A program made the position numbers and the translations under genes. Positions 42,172 through 53,517 of a stretch of DNA of 64,000 nt are shown piece by piece. The notes under the pieces are model-generated. The model did not search any database and was not told the DNA's origin. It worked only from the letters and a program-made list of their open reading frames with translations. Source of the stretch: Octopus sinensis (taxonomy: Eukaryota); the NCBI RefSeq assembly GCF_006345805.1, contig NC_043017.1, positions 930,001 through 994,000 of the forward strand, written 5' to 3'. Position 1 is the first letter of the stretch. Each line of letters opens with the position of its first letter.

Positions 42172-43494
42172 CGGAGAAATAGACTATGACACAATAAAGG
42201 AAAAGTATGACAAATACAAGATATAGGGATCAATCCCAGACGATTAGCTCATCAACTGCAGTCCGGAAAGCCCTTGTAGTTTCGCTCCTTCATATATATA
42301 TATATATATATATAGCATAGTGAGTCAAGTAGCTTTTGGATAATGTAGTTCCTTCTCCGTTATGACGGGATGGTCATAGCATGATTGATTTCAATCATCG
42401 AACTATTGCATTATGAGCGACCTTCTTCCTCGGTTAAATAATATAGCATCGGTGTGAGCGATACGGATTTGTCTCATTGTTATTGAATGCTATTTCCCTT
42501 CACGTACTTCACCGCCATGCCGTTACATTTGACAACATCATTATAGTTAAAGCAGCGTTTTCTGACATTACTCAAAACATCTCCAGTTTGGACAAATCGG
42601 TGACCAGCATCCTAGATAAGATGCGTTACATTTTTACGACAATAAAACGGAGAATAAGATGCGATAATATTTAAAAATAAAAGAAAGAAAACTAAGTAAC
42701 AACAACTCAACGGAAATATGATATAAAGTCAGATAGCTGAAGCTCGTATATTATTATGAAGTGCAACCAAACCAGAAAATAAGCGAACTGATCGATATAT
42801 ATATATAATATATATATATATATAATATATATATATATATTATATATATATATAATATATATATGTATGTATATATATGTATATTTATATATATTTGTAT
42901 ATTCGCAGTAGACACCATATATTGATATTGAGTAAAGTATATATAAAGAAAAAAGAAAAATGACAGATTACAAACTGAAGAAATTATTTGACGAAAATGA
43001 CCTGTTTCTTTCTTTCTTATACTCTGAAGTTTTGGTAACAGATAACAGTCTGTCATGAAATCCAATCAAATATCGATATTTGATTTTTGTCGTTGTTACA
43101 GGGTTATGACTTATCGAACAGCGATGTCACTGATATAAATCGAATCCCGTATTTGACTGCCGTTTACAATTTATCGAACACTGCAATCGAAACTCCAAAA
43201 TATTTTCTTTTTTAGCTAATTACACAAATGTTGGCCTAATAAATACTACAAAATATATTCTATATCATGTTCTGCACATGCTACAGTTTGCTAAAAATGT
43301 ATTTGGATCTCTACTGGCTTTGCAAAGGCATCACCATTCTACCTTCCACGAGCATTTTCTTTCTTGCTCTACCAATTCTGCATTTATGAAGAAATAGGAT
43401 ACCGAAGAGTTTGAGAAAATAGAAAAAAGATACCAAAGAATTTGAAAACAATGGACCTAAGTGAAAAGATCAACACATTGGCAAAGAAAAAATA

Positions 43495-43892
43495 ACCTTA
43501 ACCAACTGAGCATGTCCCTTAGTAGCTAATGATATGTGCATCTCTGGTCTCAAGAGAAGTAGAGAGGAAATATCATAGCCATGTGTTGAGAGGAAGTTCT
43601 TTGGGGTTTGAATAATTCACCCCTGGAAACATGGGTGTTTGGTTCAACATACCTTTATTCTGGGACATTTTGAGTAGGATGCACTTCACGACCTGAAGAA
43701 AATTTTAACTTGGTCCCAACTGCAAGGTCATGCGCTGTTTATCTTGATATGCGCTCACCCTGTTCCGAATGTTTGGTTGTGATACATGTGCCTGGTGTGC
43801 CCTTAGCTGACTGGTAGTCATTATGGGTACATTGGGCTTCATATATTCGTAACCCGATGTCACTTTGATGGCGTACTCAGCGCTCTCATTCA
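43495..43892 (+). repeat. Unclassified ~400-bp retroposon 3' end, copy 2
   Basis: Homologous to 3357-3762; tail is (TAC)n then (TAA)n. Confidence 0.75.
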
Positions 43893-43902
43893 CTACTACT
43901 AG

Positions 43903-43958
<56 letters not shown>

Positions 43959-43989
43959 ATACTACTACTAATAATAATAATAATAATAA

Positions 43990-45137
43990 GTAGGAAATAT
44001 GTGAATGAATTCCTAATACAGTAATACTCAGAATTGGATGTCGCAGGAACAAGTACAGAAAAAGATAAACGTATGAAATCCCGTGCTAAAACTGCTGCCT
44101 TACATATTCTTACGGATAAATAACACGAAAATCCTCACAATAGCAAATACCCAAAGAGAGCTAGTAGTGCTGATGTTGAAAAAACCCTTTGTCAAAAATG
44201 GCTAGGGTCTTCTGGCTTAAAATCAGAGATAGAGTGTTTAACGTAACATCCGAGAATCAATGCCAAAAAGCTACTATGCCAAAGAATGGCAGCAGCTCAT
44301 CCTGTCGTGTAGGTTAACAATATAATGAAACCATCAATCATGTTGTTTCAATGCGCCTACAGAGTATCTCAACACACGTGATAGGGCGGCACAGTATATT
44401 TATTGGATAATATGGAAGGACGTGCACTTGTCACATGATAAGAACGGGTGGGAATACAAACCATCCCCAGGGCTTGAAAATAATCACATCTTACACATTT
44501 GGAGCTTTACTGCACAAACTGACAGAAAGACAGATGCAAATGGGCCAGATATTATACAGAAGGATTTCAGACAAAGTTCCTGCCTCCTCATCGGTATGAT
44601 TGTGCCGATCGACATAAATGTATCTGCCAAGACTTAACAAAAACAGAGCAAACATAACAATCTTGAAATAGTAATTAGTAAAATGCGGAACAGTGCCTCT
44701 TGGCATAGGTGCGCTAGGAATAATAGCAAAAGGGGATGATATTTCCGTACCTCAGATACCAAGAAATTCAGAAATGGAAAAAATACTGATCGTGGGAACT
44801 GCTCATATCTTAAGAAAAATATTGTCCATGTGATTCGAAAAACATCTTAATCTGTGAATATTTTCAAAATTTCATTTAAACGTACATAATAACAAACGCG
44901 TTTTACTGCCATCTCAAGATCACACAATCATCTAATCATCAAATTACTTTAAAAAAAGCTTAAAATTGTCTTATGTTTTGACAGACACTGTCTAGAACAT
45001 TACTCTGCGCCAAACCATAAATATTGTGAGCTAGTCATAATACCGACTTGAAATTCTAACTTGTTGACACTTAAGACCTCTGGGCGAGACTTGGAGTCAC
45101 CTTGTACAAATACATACAAAGCAAAATTCAAACATAT
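43990..45137 (+). mobile_element. 5'-truncated R4/Dong-like (RLE-type) non-LTR retrotransposon
   Basis: Degenerate ORF with KYPKRAS...KWLGSSGLKSE, a CCHC-like SCRVG*QYNETINHVVS, and an RLE domain QTDRKTDANGPDIIQKDFRQSSCLLIGMIVP...GIGALG...MGTAHILRK. The 3' UTR ends in (TGA)n(TAA)n, and the 5' flank is also (TAA)n. Confidence 0.85.
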
Positions 45138-45150
45138 GATGATGATGATG

Positions 45151-45201
<51 letters not shown>

Positions 45202-45399
45202 TAATAATAATAATAATGCCACAAGAGCATCGTTTGACGGGGACAATTTACAATTCTTGTTAACAATTTACATATAAAGACGATGAGAAAGAATGAAATG
45301 AGAGTAAAATGAGATAAAGCTATATAAGATGTCTTGCTGAAAAGTTTCTGCATTTAAGGGTATCGAGAAAGGCCAGGTTGGAGGCCCAAATTATCAAGT

Positions 45400-45544
45400 T
45401 CCTTTACAGGGCTTAGAAAACTGAAACACCGCTGCAATGAATGCGTGAAACTGAGGGGGAAAAATGTTCAATAAAACCATAATTAACTGATCCGCCTGTA
45501 TTTTCTTTTAGCCAAAACCAGGAGCTTTTCAGCACCTCCTCGTA
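45400..45544 (+). mobile_element. 3' end of the same mariner family
   Basis: ttacagggcttagaaaactg...aataaaaccataattaactgatcc...ccaggagcttttcagcacctcctcgta matches 23860-23985 and ends in the reverse complement of the TACGAGG TIR. Confidence 0.65.
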
Positions 45545-47049
45545 CATAGAATAGAAAATATGAGCACAGATGAATGATGCAGCCTTACTGATACATGAAA
45601 ACCTCCGATGATGATGATGATGATTACGACAATAGCGACAAGGACGATGACTTTTAAGAGAGCTACGTATTTGGTTGAGTGTTGTAGGCGATTCAGTCGA
45701 CCTTGGTACTCTTGCATTAACGATACGGCATTAAAATGCGACGGAAAAGGAAATTAGAGGAAAATTCGAACTCGTGGGTTATACGCAAAAACCCGTCACT
45801 GTTCTGTAAACAAAATCCGTTGCACTGCTGTGTATCTACGGCGCAGATGTTCGCTTCGTTTAATGTTGGAATTAATTGCTCTGTTGTATATCCCGATTGC
45901 CATTAAGATTCTTATCTCAGTACACATCCACTCGCTGCGGATACTTCCACTGTTCATGTTGCTGGCTTAGTTACTACTAATGCTTACAACTCTTTGTATT
46001 TAATATACTAGTTGCCTACTAATCTAAGCGCATTGTGTTCTAGACCGTATTTTACAGTCATTGAATTACAGCGAGTTAGCATTTTTCACTACATTACAAT
46101 TTTCATAGCATCCCCATTGTCGAAATCTCAGTCTGGCATCCGCTGCTTCGTAAACCTCACCCCCTCATCATTCTCCATTAATTAGATTCTTTGTCTGGTT
46201 CTGGAGCTAATAACGATTTTCTGTTTCACTACGATTTCCCCGCCAGCTCTTTGTTCCCGTTCACCTTCCGATTCGTCGTCTACGCATCACCAATGTTCTA
46301 CATAATACGTTATGTAATGTTTAATCTAAACTCTGGTTTTTGCTGATGAGGCTAGTCTGGTAGTGTTATACAAGTTACATAATGAAAAGAAGGAAAAATT
46401 AATGCAATTAATATTAATGTACAAGCAGCTGTCAAATGTATTGACGTGGTAAACAGCAGACGTTGATTCTGATATCCTGGTCGCATTTACCTATAAGTTT
46501 AGTTGGTGTGGTAACAATATCATTCTGTAAGAATGTATTTTCGGTTTCAGGCGGTCGGTAAGTCCTGGTACGAGTTTCTTCTATTTAAGCCCCAGGTTGA
46601 CCAGGGATTTCTATATAAATTTGGTGGACGGAGACTGTAAGGAAGGCCACCTTATATATATATATATATATAATAATTTGAGGGAATGATTCCAAATTTA
46701 AAGGGAAAAATTCAATTTAGAAATACTAAATCAAATTTCGCAAAATATAATATATATATATATAAATTAGAAAAAAAACCACCTGTTATTAATTCAAAAT
46801 GAAAAATTAAATTACACCATCTAGAAAATTACGTATAATAGAAATATTAAATTCAAAAAATATACCGATGATTAAGTAATGTGCAAAATAATAAATAAAA
46901 CGTATATATTTGGTATATATATATATATATTGGAAAAGTTGCTGTGAAGCATTGTGTAAAATATTTTGTATAAAGAATCGTGGACAAGACCAAGGCAATG
47001 CGAAGTTCAAGCCAAATCACTCGAAGGCAAATATATGAATTAATGTAGA

Positions 47050-47225
47050 CTTAAGTTCTATATTTAAGAGATGAGGAAATATGTACATTATTTACATTAT
47101 TTATATTTGACGGATATTTGGCCTCATCTGGTTTATTGTTAACGCAACGTTTCGGCTGATATACCCTCCAGTCTTGGGGATATTTCAAACCTGGGTTCTC
47201 ATTCCTAAGGCAATTTTTGATATTG

Positions 47226-47300
<75 letters not shown>

Positions 47301-47473
47301 GTCTGAATTTTGCGTTGCATGCATTTGCACAAGGTGACTCCATGCCTCACCTAAAGACCTCAATTGTCAACAAGTTGGATTTTCAAATCGGTATTATTAT
47401 TATTCAGATCATTGCCTGGAATCGTACACGGAATCTTGTTGTTAGTAGCCCGCACTCTTAACCACTACGCCAC
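47050..47473 (-). mobile_element. tRNA-headed SINE-like element with internal (AAT)n and a hammerhead relic
   Basis: Head gtggcgtagtgg (A box)...gtacgattcc (degenerate B box), then (AAT)n interrupted by a LINE 3' end. Next comes ccttaggaatgagaacccagg...gactggagggtatatcagcc-GAAACG (stem II-like hairpin plus GAAAC), with no CTGATGA. Confidence 0.6.
47297..47392 (-). mobile_element. ~100-bp 3' end of the same R4/Dong-like family
   Basis: Reverse complement (ccgatttgaaaatccaacttgttgac...ggagtcaccttgtgcaaat...gcaaaattcagacatat) aligns to 45043-45137. Flanked on both sides by (TAA)n. Confidence 0.85.
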
Positions 47474-47479
47474 GGGCTT

Positions 47480-47582
47480 GTGGCGTAGTGGTTAAGATCA
47501 CGGGCTACTAACCCCAAGATTCCGAGTTCGATTCCAGGCAGTGACCTGAATAATAAGAATAATAATAACAACAGCAATAATG

Positions 47583-47615
<33 letters not shown>
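47480..47615 (+). mobile_element. Second tRNA-like head plus (AAT)n, inverted relative to 47393-47473
   Basis: gtggcgtagtggttaag...gggctactaacccc...gagttcgattcc, with A and B boxes and a CT-ACT-AA anticodon-like loop (tRNA-Ser-like, inferred). Confidence 0.7.
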
Positions 47616-47640
47616 TATAAGGGTTACCTAAAACTAAATG

Positions 47641-47935
47641 AAGCGAATATTATCCGCGCACCTATAAACTTTCGGAAATAGAAATAAGATTAGTTCGACC
47701 AGATTCAGTAAATATATTTGGGAGCTTAAAGATAAACATACTACTTTTGATTTAGAATAGAAATTACTTGCCTCCTCACCTTCATACAATGTACTAAAGA
47801 AGAAATGCCTCCTGTGCATCAATGAAAAGTTTATCCTAGTAAAGTGTAGGCTCCCACTACTCAACTCCAGGGAAGAGCAAAATAAGACTGCCTTCACAAG
47901 GGTAAATTTGCTTTCTCTAGATATAAATAATTTTA
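47641..47935 (+). pseudogene. Penelope-like element endonuclease (GIY-YIG domain) C-terminal relic
   Basis: Plus frame from 47641: KRILSAHL*TFGNRNKISSTRFSKYIWELKDKHTTFDLE*KLLASSPSYNVLKKKCLLCINEKFILVKCRLPLLNSREE, then a frameshifted CLHKGKF. This matches the PLE pattern ST.LSKYIW.LK...W.I...Y...C.LC..EK..I...LLN.R.E...C.H. Confidence 0.75.
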
Positions 47936-49457
47936 CGCATCTAATATACATCTTCTCCATTAATGACACCCATAGTTCCTCACCATAGAAATTGTAGGAT
48001 TCTATTCTTAATGCTGGCATAAACTACCGTGCAATTAAAGTTTGGCTAATGGATTTACATACTTATGTCCCTTTAAAGAAACCCATCATTAATATCCTTA
48101 CACTAAACCCATTTGAGTTTTAAGACTCCATCTCCATCATTTAACGACTCCTCAATATAAGCTTTAAGCCTTATTATAATCATTTAATGCCTGTCCACTT
48201 AACTCTTAACATAAATTTTGACTATAGAGTACGCAGGTATCAATCCTCCTACCATAAATCCCCTAGTAGTATCTTGATACTCCACCATAATAATGAATGA
48301 GTTTGTATTCTGTAACATCATTTAACATTCCCTACTCACAGTTGGTTTGTGTCACTTTAGTTTATCCTAGACCACTTTAAGTCAGCATTGGTCAACTTCT
48401 ATTTAACGGAGATCCCTATGGGATTTACTCACTTCACTACCCCCCCCGCCAAACAAAATAATCTCTTAGCAATTTAATACTAAACTTTACACCCCACACC
48501 CTCTTCTGGCTATGTACTGGCTTGATCTTTGTTTTGTAGTTAGCACTTATCTACGTGCTATTAATATTGTTATCATGTGCAATAATACTTGCATGGGTAG
48601 GGGGACCAATTGTTGAAACTGGCAAATGTATGTCACCATGTATGGGTTAATATAACAATATAATATTATTATAATTGATTGGGTGTATAGGCGTGTGTGT
48701 ACTTGAGAGGGTGGATGCTGTATGTGAGTGTACATAGGTCTATATGTTTATACAGATATTTACATAATTCTGTGCATACGAATGTATAGGCATGTTGAAG
48801 TTTTTTGCGTATGAATGCATGAGCAATTTGTAGTAAGAGCCTGCAAGTATTTTAATTTTTAATTATAAATTGTAATCATTAATTTAATTAGGGAAATTTA
48901 CTTTTACTTATTTAATTGACCACTGGGCTGACTGATTAATAGCTTGTTTAGCCAATTAGTTGCAAAATTAGCTGTCTGCTGGGCTTGTCAGCTCACTAAT
49001 TAGGTGTACTCGAAGGCAGACCAGTAGTCTCTAGTTGAGGCCACTTATGCTAATCATTACCTCCCTTTAATCATAAATATTTTCCTAATTTTACTAAGGA
49101 ATAAATTATTTTCATTGTTACTAATTTCACATTTCTATTTAAACACTTTAGCACTATTGTGTATAGATCCAAATATTTTCCAAAATCTAGTGCGCAGACG
49201 CAGCCCCTAGTCAGCAATAAAAAAATGCCAACTTTTAAAATTCAAAAATTATCCAAAAAACTTAGAATACATAAATATATGGAAGGGAAATGGAAATTAA
49301 TAGAAACGTTCACTTCCAGTGGCGTAGCGGGTTCAATCCCACTAGTGGGTTCCTTATGCATTTAAATGTATTAAAAATTATTTTTGAAAAAAATGTGTTA
49401 TGAAATACTTTATCAGGAAGTTAGTAACTTTTTTCTGGGAAGCAGTTTTTTTGTAAT

Positions 49458-49705
49458 TCTTTTATTCTTTTCCTGCTTTCAGACTTTTCAATGCGGCCAT
49501 GCTGGAGTACCGCTTTCAGTCGGACAAATCGACCCCTCGACTTATTCTTTATAAGCCTAGTTCTTATTGTGTCGTCCCTTTTGACGAACCGCTGAATTTC
49601 GGGGACATAAACATACCAACATAGGTTGTCAAGCGATAGAAGGGGCACAAACACATACACGCAAACATATATGCATACAGATATATATATATATACACAC
49701 ATACT

Positions 49706-49792
<87 letters not shown>

Positions 49793-49948
49793 GACAGGCT
49801 TCTTTGAATTTCCGCCCACCAAGGTCACTCACAATGATTTGCTCGGCCCGAGGGTATAGAAGAAGGCACTAACCCAAGGTGCCACGCAGTGGGTCTGAAT
49901 CGGGAACTATTTAGTTGGTAAGCAAGTTTCTTACCTCATAGCCTCGCC
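49458..49948 (-). mobile_element. SINE family A, full-length copy
   Basis: Reverse complement of the family A head, core and tail, with the internal microsatellite expanded. Confidence 0.85.
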
Positions 49949-50171
49949 TTATATACTTAAATATATATATAAATATATACACATACATATACATATATAT
50001 ATATGGCGAGCTTCGTTCGGTTCACATCTACGTAATCCCTGTGTAAATCTTGTGAAGGCCCGTGCATATAGCGAGAGAATCGTGAAAATGGTCATACGCA
50101 GTAGGACTGAATCACGTGTTTGGGAAACAAACTAGATACTGCACACACACTTATGCATCTATATAGGGCCA

Positions 50172-50209
50172 CTAATATACATACATACATACATACATAC
50201 ATACATACA

Positions 50210-50263
<54 letters not shown>

Positions 50264-50558
50264 CATTATATATATATATATATACATATATATATACATA
50301 TACATATATATGTATATATACATATACATATATGTATATATACATTACATATATATGTATATATACATATACATATAATATATATATACATATACATATA
50401 TACATATATACATATACATATATATATATACATATGTATATATACATATACATATATATATATAATATATACATATACATATATACATATATATATATAC
50501 ATATATATACATATATATATATATATATACATATATATACATATATACATATATATAA

Positions 50559-50599
<41 letters not shown>

Positions 50600-50972
50600 A
50601 CATATATAATATATACATATATATATATACATATATATATATATACATATATATACATATATGTATATGAATATATATATTTGTATATATATTTTTTTAT
50701 CTATATATACATAAATATATATATGTATATATATATACATTTATATATATATAACTATATATATGTATATATATATTTATATATATATATAAATATATGT
50801 ATATATATATATGTATATATATATATGTATATATATATATTATATATATATATTCATATATATATGTATATATAATATATGTATATATATATGTATATAT
50901 ATATATTTATATATATATATTCATATATATATGTATATATATATATATGTGTGTGTGTATGTATGTATGTAT
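50172..50972. repeat. ~800-bp compound (TACA)n/(TA)n/(TATACA)n array
   Basis: Direct reading; source of the longest pseudo-ORFs in the track. Confidence 0.97.
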
Positions 50973-51928
50973 ATGGATGTATAGCGAGTACCATATTAAA
51001 ATTTGTAATATATATTCCAGTAATATGAAAATTTACTGTACAAGTCAGATATCTCTTATAATACGTAGTTATAACTGTAAGCAAAGAATATCTAAATTAG
51101 AAGAAAAAAAACTATATGGAATTAAAAAGACTAAAATTAAACCTAAAAAAAAACGACGCTAAAATATGCAATAAGTAAAAAGCTAAGTTGTAATAAAACA
51201 ATAATAATTACTGTGTGTGTTTTTCTTTTTTTTTTTGTTGGTGTATTGATCGATTGGAATCAGCTCAATGAAGTGGTGTTGAGGTTCTGGATGCTGAGAA
51301 CATTTGGCTGTTTTGATAAGAATGTTACGATATGACTAACGGAAGGCAAAAACTAAATGTAGATACACCAGTGTTAAAAGAAGAAATATTTTTATTAATA
51401 AAGTTGGAGATGGAAATATTAATAAAGACGGTGGAGTTAGCAGAATATTTCTATACATACAGCTGTAAGCCATATACCTACATGTTCGATGTACGCACAT
51501 ATATATTTATGTGCGTGTGTGTATACATAATGTCTATCACGATTTATATAACTATATGTGCCTATACATATGTAAATATACACGTGTTTACATACAAACG
51601 TACGTATAAGTATATATATTTATGTACACACACATATATATATATGTATACCTACATATTGATATACGTTATATATATATACGTGTATATATATGTTTAT
51701 ATACAGTATATATTTATATGCATCTATATATATATATATATACATACATAACAATATGCAGTATATACCTACTTATTGATATACAATCACATAGACGTAC
51801 ATATACACAAAAGACGTATATATACACAAGAGCGAAAGTAGATGTATTTATACACGTGATTTCAAGCGAATTGGTCATATGTATATAAGTATGTAATTAT
51901 GTATCAATGAGTCTCACTGTCTGTCTGT

Positions 51929-51984
<56 letters not shown>

Positions 51985-52042
51985 ACAGGTATACAGATTT
52001 ACTTAAAGGATATATATGTGTGTGTTTGTATGTATATATATG

Positions 52043-52079
<37 letters not shown>

Positions 52080-52167
52080 TTAAATATATTTAAACGTACA
52101 TATACATTCATATATGTATGCATATGCACACACAGAGAAACACCACGTACATATATATATATATATA

Positions 52168-52201
<34 letters not shown>

Positions 52202-53220
52202 AGCAAACATATGTACACTTGTAGAGTTGATTATAGATACACTGGAAACAGGAATGAGTAAATAACCCAAATAATAAGGTGAAATATTTATTTCCAAAAA
52301 CGAAAAGGGAGAAAAATAAAAGAGATACAACGCAAAAGTGTGATGAAAAATAAAACAAGACAAAATCTAAGGAATAACAACATCTCATCAAAGGCAACTG
52401 AGAAGCAGTAGAAGAAAAAATAATTTATTCTGTTCAGTGAAACAAGATGTAAGAAGATATCAAAATGAGGGTTTTTAAATTAACTATAAAATAAGATAAA
52501 AGGATGTATTTATGAAGGAAAACTAATATTTTGTAACGTATATTAAGAAGTTTAGTAAGTTTAGTAATATAGGAACAGAGGGTAACATAACAAAAGCAAG
52601 TGTAATCTTATTAAATGTAGACCAGCTGAACATTAGTTTACAACATATAGGAGGCGTAATCCATTTAAGACTTACGTTGAACAATAAAATGGTACATTAA
52701 ATATCAAATCTAACAGAAATAGAGTGAAGTTAGTTAATATACGAGATATACTACTCTAAGTTTGTAATGGTTGTATATCATATATTACTTTTGGTACAAG
52801 GCCAGCAAGTTGCGGGGTGGGGAGAGGGTAAGGTATTACTACATCGATCCTTGTGCTCAGCTGGTATTAATTTCATTGACACCGAAGGTCTCAATGATGA
52901 AGTCGACCACAGCGGAATTTGAACTCAGAACATAAAGTGCCAGAAGTAATATCACGAAGCATTTTCTCCCACGTGCTAACGGTCCTGCCATCCCAACACG
53001 ATATAAATTATATATTGGTTTCAGGTTTTGGCAGAAGGCCAGCAATTTCAGGGAGAGCGGTAAGCCGATTACATCGACCCTACTGCTTAATTTATATCTC
53101 CTTAGAATTTTAAATCAGAACACAAAGACGGACAAAATGCCGTCCAGCATTTTGTCCAGCATGCTAAAAATTCTGCCAGCTCGCTGCCTTTAAGCATATG
53201 ATCTATTTTTTTATTTATTT

Positions 53221-53517
53221 ATGCGCCCTTTTTCAAGCCTAGCGAGGCTCAAGGGCCCGGTTTCCCGGTTTCTGTATGTGTTCCCCCCAGCTGGACGGGA
53301 TGCCAGTCTATCGCAGCGCTACTCAAGAAACAGGAAGAAAGAGTGAGAGAAAGTCGGGCGAAAGAGTACAACAGAGGTCGCCACCACCTCCTGCCGGTGC
53401 CTCGAAGAGCTTTTAGATGTTTTCGTTCAATAAACACAACGCCTGGTCAGAGAATCGAAACTGCTACCCTTTGACCACGAGTCCGCTGTCCTAACCACTG
53501 GGCCATTGCATCTCCAC
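53221..53517 (-). mobile_element. SINE family C (tail type 1)
   Basis: Reverse complement aligns along the length of 31869-32175; (ATAA)n tail. Confidence 0.85.

Noticed and set aside
42480-42611. Candidate minus-strand terminal exon (DAGHRFVQTGDVLSNVRKRCF...)
   Set aside because: Only 43 codons with no recognisable homology.
46338-46360. CTGATGAGGCTAG hammerhead-like start
   Set aside because: No GAAAC or stem III follows.
47480-47550. Possible tRNA-Ser gene (also the SINE A/B/C heads)
   Set aside because: No complete acceptor stem, and it runs into repeat bodies or AAT tails; these are retroposon heads.
50120-50875. 251-aa ORF and the many similar YI/IY/HT/LSIY/poly-I ORFs in the track
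   Set aside because: These are translations of TA/CA/TATC/AAT microsatellites, which lack stop codons in some frames.
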